Part shown: positions 38,299-48,367 of the stretch, piece after piece | How positions within the stretch are numbered: the first letter of the stretch is position 1 | How the letters are laid out: each line of letters opens with the position of its first letter | From: an uncultured Gammaproteobacteria bacterium | GTDB taxonomy: Bacteria > Patescibacteriota > Microgenomatia > UBA1406 > HO2-37-13b | DNA length: 64,000 nucleotides | Direction of reading: 5' to 3' | Assembly (NCBI GenBank): GCA_964413645.1 | Contig: CAYPSA010000002.1 | Location: forward strand, 86,508-150,507 | Made by a program: the position numbers and the translations under genes | The notes under the pieces: generated by a model | What the model saw: only the letters and a program-made list of their open reading frames with translations | Database searches by the model: none | What the model was told of the DNA's origin: nothing

Positions 38299-39159
38299 TT
38301 AAGTTTGTTGACCCGCTAGGGTGCCTTGTAATTCTCGATCATTTAGAGCTTGAAAATCTATAAGTTTAACATCATTACCAATTGCTCTAAGAACTTCGCC
38401 GTGGTTGTTAAATGCGGGAGTGACGGGTCTACCTGGTCTACTTTGCATACGTGCCAATTCGTCACCACGCAAATCTCTACGCGCATGATTTGTGTCAAAC
38501 ACTACTCCTGAGAGTATGTCAGATGTTAATTGGTTGCCCCGATATCTCTCAGGTGGCAATCGTTGCTCTTCAGTCCTGTCTATATCTAATGCTTGCCTTA
38601 CGCCATCCAAAGTAAGTTGATCGCCAAAGAGATCTGTCATTCCAGGATTAATTTCGAGAAGTGACCTTACGCGAACTTCGGATGCCGGGGGTGCTTCATG
38701 TATTTCATTTAGACCATGTTTAATGATGTATGCATTTGGATTAGCCGCGAGCATGTGATCGAGTCTAGCCCTTGATTCATGCTTTCCAGGAAACGCCAGC
38801 CAGTCTTGAAGATGTGGAGCCGTAGCATCATTTGCAAGTCGACCTCGAGCAACCTGCACTAAACCCACTAGCGGATTATTCGAATCGGTTGGGTTCCAAG
38901 CATCTTCAACAAAGCGTACAGGTGAACCCTCCGTATCTCCCATCTGAGGAAATTTTGCTATATCAAGTTCTCCGCGAAAATTCCGCACCGGCATCATACT
39001 TACAAAATGAAATCCTCGATCACTTAATTCGCCAACAACATCTCCTACATGTCTTACCATTAACCCCGGGAGAAGAGTTGCCAAATTTACACCAACTTTA
39101 AGTTCGGGCCTAGGGCTTGGGCTCCGCCTGTAATCTTGCAATATTTCATGAGTGATCAT
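38299..39159 (-). CDS. xylose-isomerase-like TIM-barrel (sugar phosphate isomerase/epimerase-like) protein, apparently truncated by an in-frame TAA
   Basis: 286 aa with strand-end motifs LLEINPG, VVFDTNHA and KLIDFQ, reminiscent of AP-endonuclease-2/xylose-isomerase-like barrels. Visibly higher GC than its neighbours. 55 further in-frame codons follow the stop. Confidence 0.5.
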   Translation of the reverse strand: MITHEILQDYRRSPSPRPELKVGVNLATLLPGLMVRHVGDVVGELSDRGFHFVSMMPVRNFRGELDIAKFPQMGDTEGSPVRFVEDAWNPTDSNNPLVGLVQVARGRLANDATAPHLQDWLAFPGKHESRARLDHMLAANPNAYIIKHGLNEIHEAPPASEVRVRSLLEINPGMTDLFGDQLTLDGVRQALDIDRTEEQRLPPERYRGNQLTSDILSGVVFDTNHARRDLRGDELARMQSRPGRPVTPAFNNHGEVLRAIGNDVKLIDFQALNDRELQGTLAGQQT

Positions 39160-39208
39160 ATATATAGTATATATTATACAATTATTCTATTAAACGTAGG
39201 AGAGTAGC

Positions 39209-40786
39209 TTATTGAGACAAGCCTTCGAGCAATTTTTGCGCCTCAGCTTCTCGCTTTAGCTTCACAAGAACTATTGCAAGATTTCGGCGAATGTTGGGCT
39301 CTTGGGGAGCAATTTCAAGGGCTTTTCGCAAAACAACTTCAGCTTCGGAAAATTTATTCTGGACAAAATATATATATCCGATAGCCTGATATGACTGCCA
39401 AAGATTTGGGTTAACCGTAATTGCTTTTTCGTAATATAGAATTGCGTTTGGCAAATCATTTTTTTGTTGATAAGTCGTTCCTAAATTATGTAAAGCATCT
39501 CCATAACGAGGGTTCAATTCTATTGCGCGCTTAAACTCTATTATTGCCTGATCAAAATCACCCTTTCTTGAATAGTAATCACCTAAATTATTGTGATTTT
39601 GTGGGCTTGTCGGGGAGGTTTTTCCAGTTGCAAGCCACAAAAAGTCCTGATTTCTCCAATCCAGATTTCGAAGCAATGTTACGGGGATAAGCAAAAGTAT
39701 TACAAGTGCAAATAGGGTGTACCCAATATATTTAGTGCTTTCATTCTGGACAAGTTTTGCCAAACCCCATGCAAATACAGTGCCTAAAGCTGCAACTCCC
39801 AAATACGCATATCTTTCGGCAACGACCCATGCGATTGGTAAGGGAGTAAGTGTGGGTAGGAGGGTAATTGTAAGTATGCCGAGCCAAAATGACACGAATT
39901 TTTGTTTTTTGAAAGCAATAGCCAAGAAAATAAAATAACTAATTACCAAAACGCAGCGCATGAAAAATTCCACTTTTGAAAATACTAACTCTGAGTGATA
40001 AAAACTAAGTGACGCGGGAAATATAAAAAGAATTAGATATGAAGAAAGAGCAATGGGAATTTGATGGAGCGGATTCATAAGTCCACTATTCTGATAAAAA
40101 TTGGTTTGCAACGACTCGACCCGCTGACCAACTTGACTTATGTAAAAAACAGCCAATGCCCCTGCTAGCGCAAAATAAGGAAGTATCTTTTTATAACGTT
40201 GCTGTAATGACCCAAAACACCATTCATACCAAACCAGTACGAGTGGAAAAACAACTGCTTTTTCTGACGTCCAAATTGCAAATATGAAAAAAACTATAGA
40301 CAGTAAATACCTTTTCATACTTGCGCGAGCAAGTATATAGAGCAAGAATGCTGCCAAAAAGAAAAACCCGTACATGGCGTAGGTCCCACCCGATATCCAG
40401 GTCACCGACTCAGTTACCAACGGATGTACCGCAAAAATACTTGCAGCAAAAAAGGCAACTAGTTCAAACCCCATTACGCTTACGATTGCATATAGTAAGA
40501 GTACAGACCAGGCATGAAACAAAATATTTGATAGTCTAAATAGCGCTGGATCTGCTCCAACGATAGTATAAATGACCGCATATAAAAGACTGCGAAGCGC
40601 CGACTGTGGTCGAACGAAAGCATTTGAAAAATCACCAACAAGCGGATTGTTTTGGATTACCGCAATGTCATCGGACAAAAATGCATGATTCAAGGTTAAT
40701 ATGTAACATCCAACTACTAAAAAAAATAGAAAAAGCAATCTTGTTGCATGTTCCCGAAGCCATTTCTTTTGGAAAGTTGTAAACAT
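39209..40786 (-). CDS. GT-C-like membrane protein with C-terminal TPR repeats (TMTC/PMT-like O-glycosyltransferase architecture)
   Basis: 525 aa with an N-terminal loop FLSDDIAVIQNNPLV (DD motif) and ~11 TM segments. The C-terminus has four to five TPR units (NLGDYYSRKGDFDQAIIEFKRAIELNP...). Confidence 0.75.
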   Translation of the reverse strand: MFTTFQKKWLREHATRLLFLFFLVVGCYILTLNHAFLSDDIAVIQNNPLVGDFSNAFVRPQSALRSLLYAVIYTIVGADPALFRLSNILFHAWSVLLLYAIVSVMGFELVAFFAASIFAVHPLVTESVTWISGGTYAMYGFFFLAAFLLYILARASMKRYLLSIVFFIFAIWTSEKAVVFPLVLVWYEWCFGSLQQRYKKILPYFALAGALAVFYISQVGQRVESLQTNFYQNSGLMNPLHQIPIALSSYLILFIFPASLSFYHSELVFSKVEFFMRCVLVISYFIFLAIAFKKQKFVSFWLGILTITLLPTLTPLPIAWVVAERYAYLGVAALGTVFAWGLAKLVQNESTKYIGYTLFALVILLLIPVTLLRNLDWRNQDFLWLATGKTSPTSPQNHNNLGDYYSRKGDFDQAIIEFKRAIELNPRYGDALHNLGTTYQQKNDLPNAILYYEKAITVNPNLWQSYQAIGYIYFVQNKFSEAEVVLRKALEIAPQEPNIRRNLAIVLVKLKREAEAQKLLEGLSQ

Positions 40787-40815
40787 ATAGTCTTCATTAT
40801 TTTACTAGATATTTT

Positions 40816-40836
40816 GTTACAATACATGTTTGTAAC
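40816..40836. promoter_or_regulatory. candidate operator palindrome GTTACAA-N7-TTGTAAC
   Basis: Perfect 7-bp inverted arms in the 53-nt divergent region between genes 39209-40786 (-) and 40840-41841 (+). It overlaps a TACAAT (40818-40823). Confidence 0.3.
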
Positions 40837-40839
40837 GCT

Positions 40840-41841
40840 ATGAATCCTAAAAAATACACCCCACTTCTTTCCATAATTATTCCAACTCTAAATAACGAAC
40901 GAGACATGTTTGTGCTCATGAAATCAATTTCAAAACAGACATATCCTCAGAAGCGTGTTGAGCTCCTTGTCTTGGATGGTGGTTCAAAAGATAAAACTAT
41001 TCAAATCGCAAAAAAATATGGCGCTAAAGTATTTCACAATAAAGATATTATGGCTGAGCCAGGTGTTAATGTGGGTATGGAAAAGGCGAAAGGGGACTTA
41101 ATGATGATTCTTGCTGTCGATAATATTTACGAAGATAAACGAGCGTTTGAAAAAATTGTGAGCGTTTTTGAAGATCCAACCATTTTCGCTGCATTTCCAA
41201 AGCACGACAGCAATGCAAGCGATAATCTCTTCACAACATATCATAATACTTTTACCGACCCGTTCAATCATTTTGTATACGGCGATAGCGCAAACGGCCG
41301 AACATTCCACCGAGTTTACAAAACTATCGCATCTAATAATATTTACGACGTATACGATTTCAATTCAAACCCAATGCCCCCAATGATAGCTTTCGCACAG
41401 GGTATAACCGTACGAGGATCATACCGCCGAAGCAAACAAGATGCATTCGATGATATTTCCCCAATAATTAAATTGATCAAAAGTAAGAAAAAAATTGCGT
41501 ATGTCCATTCCGTTTCCCTGATGCACCATACAACGCGCGATATTCATCATTTCATTCGAAAACAACGATGGGCAACACACAATGCACTTTCAAAAATAAA
41601 CTATGGAATTTCATATCGAACCAATTATATTCCCCAAAAAAATCAACTACGCATGAAATTATGGCCTGTGTACGCTTTTAGTATCATTGGACCTTTAATA
41701 ACTTCTATTACTGGAGCAATTCGCGATAGGAATTTGATATGGTTATTTCACCCTGTCGCAGCGTTGGTAAGCGCATTTGCAAGCACTATTGAATTTTTGG
41801 TATATACTATTAAGAAGCAGTCACGAATAAGTCGACAGTAA
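40840..41841 (+). CDS. GT2 glycosyltransferase
   Basis: 333 aa with LSIIIPTLNNERDMFVLMKSISKQTYPQKRVELLVLDGGSKDKT and a C-terminal TM region. Confidence 0.85.
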   Translation: MNPKKYTPLLSIIIPTLNNERDMFVLMKSISKQTYPQKRVELLVLDGGSKDKTIQIAKKYGAKVFHNKDIMAEPGVNVGMEKAKGDLMMILAVDNIYEDKRAFEKIVSVFEDPTIFAAFPKHDSNASDNLFTTYHNTFTDPFNHFVYGDSANGRTFHRVYKTIASNNIYDVYDFNSNPMPPMIAFAQGITVRGSYRRSKQDAFDDISPIIKLIKSKKKIAYVHSVSLMHHTTRDIHHFIRKQRWATHNALSKINYGISYRTNYIPQKNQLRMKLWPVYAFSIIGPLITSITGAIRDRNLIWLFHPVAALVSAFASTIEFLVYTIKKQSRISRQ

Positions 41842-41846
41842 TATTT

Positions 41847-42248
41847 ATGGATTTCACACTAAAAAAATTTAGAAAATTCAGTGATAAAAGAGGCGATCTT
41901 ATCGTGTTTCTACAACGGGGCGATTTGGCAGATGCGTATAAGACCTTCGGACAAATATATTTTGTTACTTTTTCACAAAAAGGTATAGTGCGAGGAAATC
42001 ATTATCACAATGCATGGCATGAATGGTTTGGAGTAGTTGCCGGAAAAGTGCGCGTAACTCTTGAAGATATCAAAACAAAAAAAAGAAAAGTCTTCATTTT
42101 GGACGCGAAAAAAGATCAATATACTCGTCTGGAAATTGGCCCGGGCATTGCTCATAAAATTGAAAGTCTTACAAAATATGCAGCGTTATTAAATTATGCT
42201 GATGGGGAATGGAGTTCTGACGACAGCATTCCGTACCAAATAGTGTAA
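41847..42248 (+). CDS. WxcM/FdtA-like cupin (sugar-nucleotide 3,4-ketoisomerase-like)
   Basis: 133 aa with FSDKRGDLIVF, RGNHYH, EWFGVVAGKV. Its size and its adjacency to an LbH acetyltransferase and a DegT aminotransferase fit FdtA/QdtA. An RmlC-like epimerase is not excluded. Confidence 0.6.
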   Translation: MDFTLKKFRKFSDKRGDLIVFLQRGDLADAYKTFGQIYFVTFSQKGIVRGNHYHNAWHEWFGVVAGKVRVTLEDIKTKKRKVFILDAKKDQYTRLEIGPGIAHKIESLTKYAALLNYADGEWSSDDSIPYQIV

Positions 42249-42250
42249 TT

Positions 42251-42814
42251 ATGGATTTTTTTGCTCATAAAACAGCCATTGTTGAATCGAAAAATGTCGG
42301 GAAGGATTCTCGAATATGGGCTCATACGCACATATTACCAGGCGCAAAAATTGGAGAAAATGCTAATATCTGCGATTTCTGCTTTATTGAAAACGACGTA
42401 ACACTTGGTAACGATGTTACCGTTAAATGTGGCGTGTACTTATGGGACGGAATAACTATTGAAGACAACGTCATGATTGGTCCTGCAGCAGTTTTCACAA
42501 ATGACTTATTCCCACGTAGTAAAAATACAAATTATGATCATCGAAAGACGGTTCTCAAAAAAGGATGTAGTATTGGGGCCAACGCAACAATTATTGCTGG
42601 ATTAACGATCGGGGAGCATGCTATGGTTGGAGCTGGATCAGTAGTAACCAAGTCTGTCCCAGATTACGGACTTGTGTATGGAAATCCTGCAACCATGCAT
42701 GGCTTTATATGTGTTTGTACCAAAAAAATGCTGTTTGAGGCTGAAAAATATATCTGTGAATGTGGGAGAAAATATGGTACAAAGAACGGTGCAACTGTAG
42801 AAGCACTCGTATGA
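42251..42814 (+). CDS. left-handed beta-helix (hexapeptide) sugar N-acetyltransferase (FdtC/QdtC-like)
   Basis: 187 aa with hexapeptide turns IWAHTHILPGAKIGENANICDFCFIENDVTLGNDVTVKCGVYLWDGITIEDNVMIGPAAVFTND. The C-terminus has the Cys pair CVC...CEC. Confidence 0.78.
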   Translation: MDFFAHKTAIVESKNVGKDSRIWAHTHILPGAKIGENANICDFCFIENDVTLGNDVTVKCGVYLWDGITIEDNVMIGPAAVFTNDLFPRSKNTNYDHRKTVLKKGCSIGANATIIAGLTIGEHAMVGAGSVVTKSVPDYGLVYGNPATMHGFICVCTKKMLFEAEKYICECGRKYGTKNGATVEALV

Positions 42815-43818
42815 AAAAACCCACAAGTCTAGTTACCGGAGGAGCAGGCTTTATTGGAAGCCATGTTGTAGATCATTTGATTTCAATGGGCCACAACGTA
42901 GTGGTCCTAGATGATTTAAGTGGAGGATTTACTCGCAATGTACCAAAAGATTCGATATTCGTAACAGGTAGCATTCTTAATGAAAAACTTCTCGATCAAT
43001 TATTTGAAACATGTCGTTTCGATTATGTATACCATTTAGCAGCGTATGCCGCCGAAGGGCTAAGTCATTTCATTCGACATTTTAACTACGACAATAATTT
43101 AATTGGTTCGGTAAATCTTATTAACCGAAGTATTCTACATAATGTAAAGCGTTTTGTGTTTACGTCAAGCATAGCAGTATACGGAGCTAATCAAACTCCT
43201 ATGCGCGAAGATATGCAACCACAGCCTGAAGACCCGTATGGAGTTGCTAAATATGCTGTTGAACTTGACCTAAAGGCCGCCTACCATATGCATGGACTTG
43301 AATATACCATCTTCCGCCCTCACAATGTATATGGCGAACGCCAGAATCATGGGGATCCATATCGTAATGTTTTAGGAATTTTTATTAACAACATGATGCT
43401 GGGAAAACCTATGACAATTTTTGGTGATGGCACTCAAACAAGAGCTTTTTCCTATATCGACGATGTTGCCCCCTATATAGCCAATTGTGTCGACAATAAA
43501 AAAACAGTAAACGAAATTTATAACATCGGCGCCGATAAACCCTACACCGTTAACGAACTTGCGCAAGTCATGGCAGATTCATTGGGAATTAAACCCACCA
43601 TTAAGCATTTAGCTGCTCGTAAAGAAGTTTTACATGCATTCTCAGATCATTCCAAAGTTGCTCGGGATTTTAACATTCAACATTCAGTTGATCTGATATC
43701 GGGAATAAATAAAATGGTTACATGGGCAAAAGAAATTGGACCATTGCCTACCACCAAATTCAAGAATATCGAGATTTACGAAAATTTGCCGCCATCATGG
43801 CAAAAGATGGTCGAATAA
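42811..43818 (+). CDS. NAD-dependent sugar-nucleotide epimerase/dehydratase (extended SDR)
   Basis: Start at [20 protein letters not shown] (ATGA overlap with the upstream stop). Catalytic YxxxK in [10 protein letters not shown]. Confidence 0.85.
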   Translation: MKKPTSLVTGGAGFIGSHVVDHLISMGHNVVVLDDLSGGFTRNVPKDSIFVTGSILNEKLLDQLFETCRFDYVYHLAAYAAEGLSHFIRHFNYDNNLIGSVNLINRSILHNVKRFVFTSSIAVYGANQTPMREDMQPQPEDPYGVAKYAVELDLKAAYHMHGLEYTIFRPHNVYGERQNHGDPYRNVLGIFINNMMLGKPMTIFGDGTQTRAFSYIDDVAPYIANCVDNKKTVNEIYNIGADKPYTVNELAQVMADSLGIKPTIKHLAARKEVLHAFSDHSKVARDFNIQHSVDLISGINKMVTWAKEIGPLPTTKFKNIEIYENLPPSWQKMVE

Positions 43819-43819
43819 T

Positions 43820-44914
43820 ATGGATATAAAATTTTTAGACTTTGAGCGGCAATATAAAACGGTATCTGCGGAAATTGAGAAAGCGATTTCACGTGTATTA
43901 AAGCGTCAAATATTTATTTTAGGTCCCGAGCTTGAAGCATTTGAAACTGAGTTTGCAAAATATCTGGGAGTTAGGTATGTAGTTGGACTAAACTCTGGCA
44001 CTGACGCGTTGGAGTTTTGTTTGCGTGCGTTGGAAATCGGACCCGGTGATGAAGTTATTACCCCTGCAAATAGTTATATTGCCACTTCACTCGCAATATC
44101 ATATGTTGGTGCAAAACCTGTTTTAGTAGATTGTGATCCTAATACCTATCAAGTAGATATTTCCCAGATTGAGAAGAAAATTACCAAAAAAACAAAAGCC
44201 ATTCTACCGGTGCATTTATATGGCGCTCCTTGTGAAATAGACAAAATTACGAAATTTGCTAAAAAACACAATCTATTCGTAATTGAAGACGTTGCACAAG
44301 CAGTCGGAACAACATTAAATGGAAAAAAAATGGGATCGTTTGGCGATATTAATGCATTTAGCTTTTATCCGGGCAAAAATTTGGGAGCATATGGAGACGC
44401 AGGAGCAGTTGCCACAAACAGTAAAAAACTGTATGAGAAAGCACGGTTTTTGCGCAATTACGGGCAAACAAAAAAATATCACCACGTCACGTTTGGTCGC
44501 AATAGTCGACTCGATGAAATTCAAGCTGCTGTTCTACGAGTTAAACTAAAATACATTGATGAATGGAATAAAGCCCGAAGTGAAGTCGCAAATATCTACT
44601 ATGAAACTCTCTCAAAAGTCAAAACGCAAGCTCTACTTCCTAAAGGAGAATCAAATTATCATTTGTTTGTAATAGAAACAAAAAAGCGTGATCAATTACA
44701 GAAGTTTCTTGAAAAAAATAATATCGGCACACTTATTCACTATCCGATTCCTATTCATTTGCAAAAAACATATTCTCATTTACAATACAAAAAGGGTCAT
44801 TTTCCCGTTGCAGAAAAGGTAGCCAAAAGCATCCTGAGTTTACCAATTTATCCAGGGCTTTCTAAAAAGGAAATTACTCATATCTCGCATAAAATCGCGT
44901 CTTTTTTCTCATGA
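43820..44914 (+). CDS. DegT/DnrJ/EryC1/StrS sugar aminotransferase (FdtB/QdtB-like)
   Basis: Start at [13 protein letters not shown]. Motifs [22 protein letters not shown] and [16 protein letters not shown] (PLP lysine present). Confidence 0.88.
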   Translation: MDIKFLDFERQYKTVSAEIEKAISRVLKRQIFILGPELEAFETEFAKYLGVRYVVGLNSGTDALEFCLRALEIGPGDEVITPANSYIATSLAISYVGAKPVLVDCDPNTYQVDISQIEKKITKKTKAILPVHLYGAPCEIDKITKFAKKHNLFVIEDVAQAVGTTLNGKKMGSFGDINAFSFYPGKNLGAYGDAGAVATNSKKLYEKARFLRNYGQTKKYHHVTFGRNSRLDEIQAAVLRVKLKYIDEWNKARSEVANIYYETLSKVKTQALLPKGESNYHLFVIETKKRDQLQKFLEKNNIGTLIHYPIPIHLQKTYSHLQYKKGHFPVAEKVAKSILSLPIYPGLSKKEITHISHKIASFFS

Positions 44915-45813
44915 CAACAATTTTTATAACCGGGTCTACAAGTTTTTTAGGTAAGTCAGTCATTGCTCGACTTGAAAAAAGTAAAAAATATACCTTAGTA
45001 AAAACATCGCTCTCGGGTGATTCAAAAAACGGTATACAAAAATTAGATCTTCTTGATTTCAAAAAAACACGAGCGCTGTTGCTCAAAACCAAGCCGCACA
45101 TTATCTTACATCTGGCTGCTCTTGTAAATTTAACGCGTGATTTTGAAACTGCACGCAAATGTGTAGACGCAAATATTATTGCAACGCTTAACCTTCTTGA
45201 AGCAACAAAGAATTTGAGTGTAAAAAAAATAATATTCGCAAGCACTGAAGAAGTATATGGCGATAACAAGCCCCCTTATAAAGAACATCAAAATCCACGA
45301 CCTCCTTCGATGTATTCAATCAGTAAAGTCGCCGGAGAAAATTTGCTGCAATATTACAGTATTTTGCATGGGTTTTCATTTATCGCGCTTCGCTTTGGTA
45401 CATTTTTTGGGCCAGGTAGCCAGCCCGATCGTTTTTTAACACAAATCATAAAAACGGCATTGAGTAATAAACAAATATTATTAAACTCCGGGCAGTTAAA
45501 ACGCGATTACATTTTTATTGATGATGCGGTTTTAGCAGTAGAGCAAGCTATAAAAACAAATATCTCTAAAAATGAGATTGTAAATATCGGTGGAAAAACG
45601 GCGATTTCATTACATTCCTTTGTAAAAAGAGTTGTCATACTTTCTAAAAGTTCCTCAAAAATTATCCTTAATGCTTTTCCGGATCGGGTAGGGGAAGCTC
45701 GCTATCAAAAACTAAGCATTTCACGTGCGAAGAACATTTTAAAATGGGCACCAACGACAAGTTTAGACGATGGTATCAAAAAGTCCGTTGATTTTTTCCG
45801 TCAAAACAACTAA
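44911..45813 (+). CDS. NAD(P)-dependent sugar-nucleotide epimerase/reductase (SDR)
   Basis: 300 aa with [12 protein letters not shown] and YxxxK in [14 protein letters not shown] overlap with the upstream gene. Confidence 0.8.
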   Translation: MTTIFITGSTSFLGKSVIARLEKSKKYTLVKTSLSGDSKNGIQKLDLLDFKKTRALLLKTKPHIILHLAALVNLTRDFETARKCVDANIIATLNLLEATKNLSVKKIIFASTEEVYGDNKPPYKEHQNPRPPSMYSISKVAGENLLQYYSILHGFSFIALRFGTFFGPGSQPDRFLTQIIKTALSNKQILLNSGQLKRDYIFIDDAVLAVEQAIKTNISKNEIVNIGGKTAISLHSFVKRVVILSKSSSKIILNAFPDRVGEARYQKLSISRAKNILKWAPTTSLDDGIKKSVDFFRQNN

Positions 45814-45814
45814 T

Positions 45815-47155
45815 ATGGTAGCGATGAAAACTCAAGACCCCGAAGCAAAACTTCGATCTGAAATTGAAGCAAAAATTGAAAAAATTTTCGCACTTAGACA
45901 GAAGAATAAAAAATTTATCCCTGGAAAATCATGGATCCAGTATTCCGGAGGAGTATTTGACCATAAGGAAATTAACGCTGCCACAAGCTCACTTATTGAT
46001 GGCTGGTTTGGTCTTGGCGCAAAAGGAGAGCAGTTTGAGCAAAAAATGGCAAAGTTCGTTGGCGCCAAGGGGTCTATTTTAACTAATTCAGGTTCAAGTG
46101 CAAACTTACTAGCCGTTACTTCGCTTCTTTCTTATTTTTTTCCTAATCATTTAAACCCCGGGGATGAAGTTATTACCGCCGCATGTGGATTTCCTACAAC
46201 CGTTAATCCATTAATTCAAAACAACCTGAAGCCTGTTTTCATCGATGTTAATCCCGATACCCTCAATATCAATGTTGAAGATTTGGAAAAAGCTGTCTCA
46301 AAGAAAACTCGTGCCATTATTATGGCACATACATTGGGAAATCCTTTTGAAGTAGATAAGGTTGTTGAATTTTGCAAGGCACACGATCTATTTTTTATAG
46401 AAGATAACTGTGATGGACTAGGTTCTGAATACGATGGAAAACGAACAGGAGGATTTGGAATTTTAGGAACGCAATCATTTTATCCACCACATCATATGAC
46501 CATGGGCGAAGGAGGAGCAATTCATTATAACGATTTGCGTTTTGAGCGTATTACTCGCTCGCTACGCGATTGGGGACGATCATGCTGGTGCCGAGGCGAT
46601 GAAAAACGCACATGGGGAACCTGCCAAGCCCGATTTAATTATAGAATCGATGGAAAAATGTACGACCATAAATACATGTTTAATCAAATTGGCTACAACC
46701 TAAAACCCATCGAAGCACAAGCGGCAATGGGGCTTGAACAATTAAAACGAATGCCTACATTCATAAAAAAGCGAGAACATAATTTTAAGCGTTTATATAA
46801 ATATTCAAAAGAATGGGAAAAGTACTTTTATTTACCCACTTCACTGCCAAAAGCAAAGCCTTGTTGGTTTTCATTTCCATTAACAATTCGTGACGATGTA
46901 AAGTTTACTCGACATAAATTAACACTCTTTTTAGAAGACCGTATGATTCAAACGCGTCCACTATTTGCTGGAAATATAACCAAACAGCATGCGTATGCCA
47001 AATCTCGAGTGAATTATCGCCAAGTTGGAAACCTCGACAACTCGACACGTGTTTTACACAATACGCTCTTTGTTGGAATCTACCCAGGGAATGGAGATGA
47101 GGAAATTGATTTCATTGCCGAAAGCATTAGTGACTTTTTGAAGAAAGAAGGATAA
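45815..47155 (+). CDS. E1/RfbH/ColD-type PMP-dependent sugar-nucleotide 3-dehydratase
   Basis: ~446 aa (start 45815 or 45824). RfbH-like N-terminus (FIPGKSWIQYSGGVFDHKEINAATSSLIDGWFGLG). The DegT lysine is replaced by His (SFYPPHHMTMGEGG). Cys cluster SCWCRGDEKRTWGTC. Confidence 0.8.
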   Translation: MVAMKTQDPEAKLRSEIEAKIEKIFALRQKNKKFIPGKSWIQYSGGVFDHKEINAATSSLIDGWFGLGAKGEQFEQKMAKFVGAKGSILTNSGSSANLLAVTSLLSYFFPNHLNPGDEVITAACGFPTTVNPLIQNNLKPVFIDVNPDTLNINVEDLEKAVSKKTRAIIMAHTLGNPFEVDKVVEFCKAHDLFFIEDNCDGLGSEYDGKRTGGFGILGTQSFYPPHHMTMGEGGAIHYNDLRFERITRSLRDWGRSCWCRGDEKRTWGTCQARFNYRIDGKMYDHKYMFNQIGYNLKPIEAQAAMGLEQLKRMPTFIKKREHNFKRLYKYSKEWEKYFYLPTSLPKAKPCWFSFPLTIRDDVKFTRHKLTLFLEDRMIQTRPLFAGNITKQHAYAKSRVNYRQVGNLDNSTRVLHNTLFVGIYPGNGDEEIDFIAESISDFLKKEG

Positions 47156-47192
47156 GGCCCTTCATAATTGAGTATATCAACGATTAGGAATT

Positions 47193-48332
47193 TTAACCCT
47201 TCAGCGACTTCTTCATTTGCACCGTAATATCAAACTCCTTAGCGAGTTGAAGACAAGTTTTTTGAAGACTTTCTAAATTCTTTTTATCAAGAAACTTTTT
47301 CAAAGAATTATCATTTGGAATTTTATTATGTGATTTTAACAAATATGCGGCTCCGGATTCTTTAATTGCCTTGCCGAGCGACGGTTCGCATGAAATAATA
47401 AAAGGCAACCCGCATAGCAAAAAATCCCAAATCTTTAATGGCTCAATAAATTTCGTCGATCCAAATTTATCATCATATACTGCAATTCCCACGTCACATG
47501 TTGTTGCAAATTCTTGCCATTCTCGACGGGAAGTTAAATGATGCACCTTCCATTTTTTTAGCTTGTATTTTCTGCAATTTTCCTCAAACGCATCATGATT
47601 TCCCACGGGAGCAAAATGAAATTCCATGCTAGGCCTAATTTTCTGAATTTTTTCAAGCACCGAAAATAAAATTGCAAATTGTCGTGGGGTTATACAGCTA
47701 CCTGTCCAACACATTTTATTCCCGGTTCTTTTATTTTTTCCTTTTCTAAACAACTTTGAGTCATATTGATTTGAATTGGGAATATAATCTGCGTCAACAT
47801 GTAAATATTTTCTTTTGTACTCAACAAGTCCTTCGCATACTGCCCATACAAAATGAGATTTCTTACTTGCTAGTTCATCCGCTTTTTCATACAAAAATTG
47901 CATGATCTTGTTTTTAAACCGGTTTTGATTAAAGTCGACGGCATAGAATGCAAGTTCAAACATCATGAATTTTCTTAAAACAACTAATGCGAGTGTCGAA
48001 AGGGGATCAATTCCAATATATACCACTTTATTCTGTTTATTCTTTGCCAAATAGTCTTGCGCCAAGTAAAAGACAATAAGTGTATCGATAATATATTTTA
48101 TAGGAGCAATTTTTCCTAAAAATACAGGTATTCTAAGTTTTCTTTCTTTTTTCCATTTCCCAACCAAAATAGGTCGATCATAATTTTCCAGGGGGAGTTG
48201 AACGGTGTCCACATACAATCCGGCACTTGTGAGCCCATTACACACCGATGAATAAGGACCCTCAAGCGCATCAAAGGGTTCGCTTTTCCGATATACAATA
48301 TGCGTTACTACAAAAGCCTTTGCAAAATACAT
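47193..48332 (-). CDS. GT-B fold glycosyltransferase (GT4-like), tentative
   Basis: 379 aa. The C-terminal half resembles the GT1/GT4 donor-binding domain (FIEPLKIWDFLLCGLPFIIS). TATAAT lies 7 nt upstream of the ATG on the minus strand. Confidence 0.6.
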   Translation of the reverse strand: MYFAKAFVVTHIVYRKSEPFDALEGPYSSVCNGLTSAGLYVDTVQLPLENYDRPILVGKWKKERKLRIPVFLGKIAPIKYIIDTLIVFYLAQDYLAKNKQNKVVYIGIDPLSTLALVVLRKFMMFELAFYAVDFNQNRFKNKIMQFLYEKADELASKKSHFVWAVCEGLVEYKRKYLHVDADYIPNSNQYDSKLFRKGKNKRTGNKMCWTGSCITPRQFAILFSVLEKIQKIRPSMEFHFAPVGNHDAFEENCRKYKLKKWKVHHLTSRREWQEFATTCDVGIAVYDDKFGSTKFIEPLKIWDFLLCGLPFIISCEPSLGKAIKESGAAYLLKSHNKIPNDNSLKKFLDKKNLESLQKTCLQLAKEFDITVQMKKSLKG

Positions 48333-48367
48333 GTGGTGTATTATACTATGCCAACAATCAAAAGATT

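Noticed and set aside
38299-39159. The higher-GC gene considered as part of a mobile element or genomic island
   Set aside because: No integrase, transposase, flanking direct repeats or tRNA-adjacent attachment site is visible. Only a compositional difference supports foreign origin.
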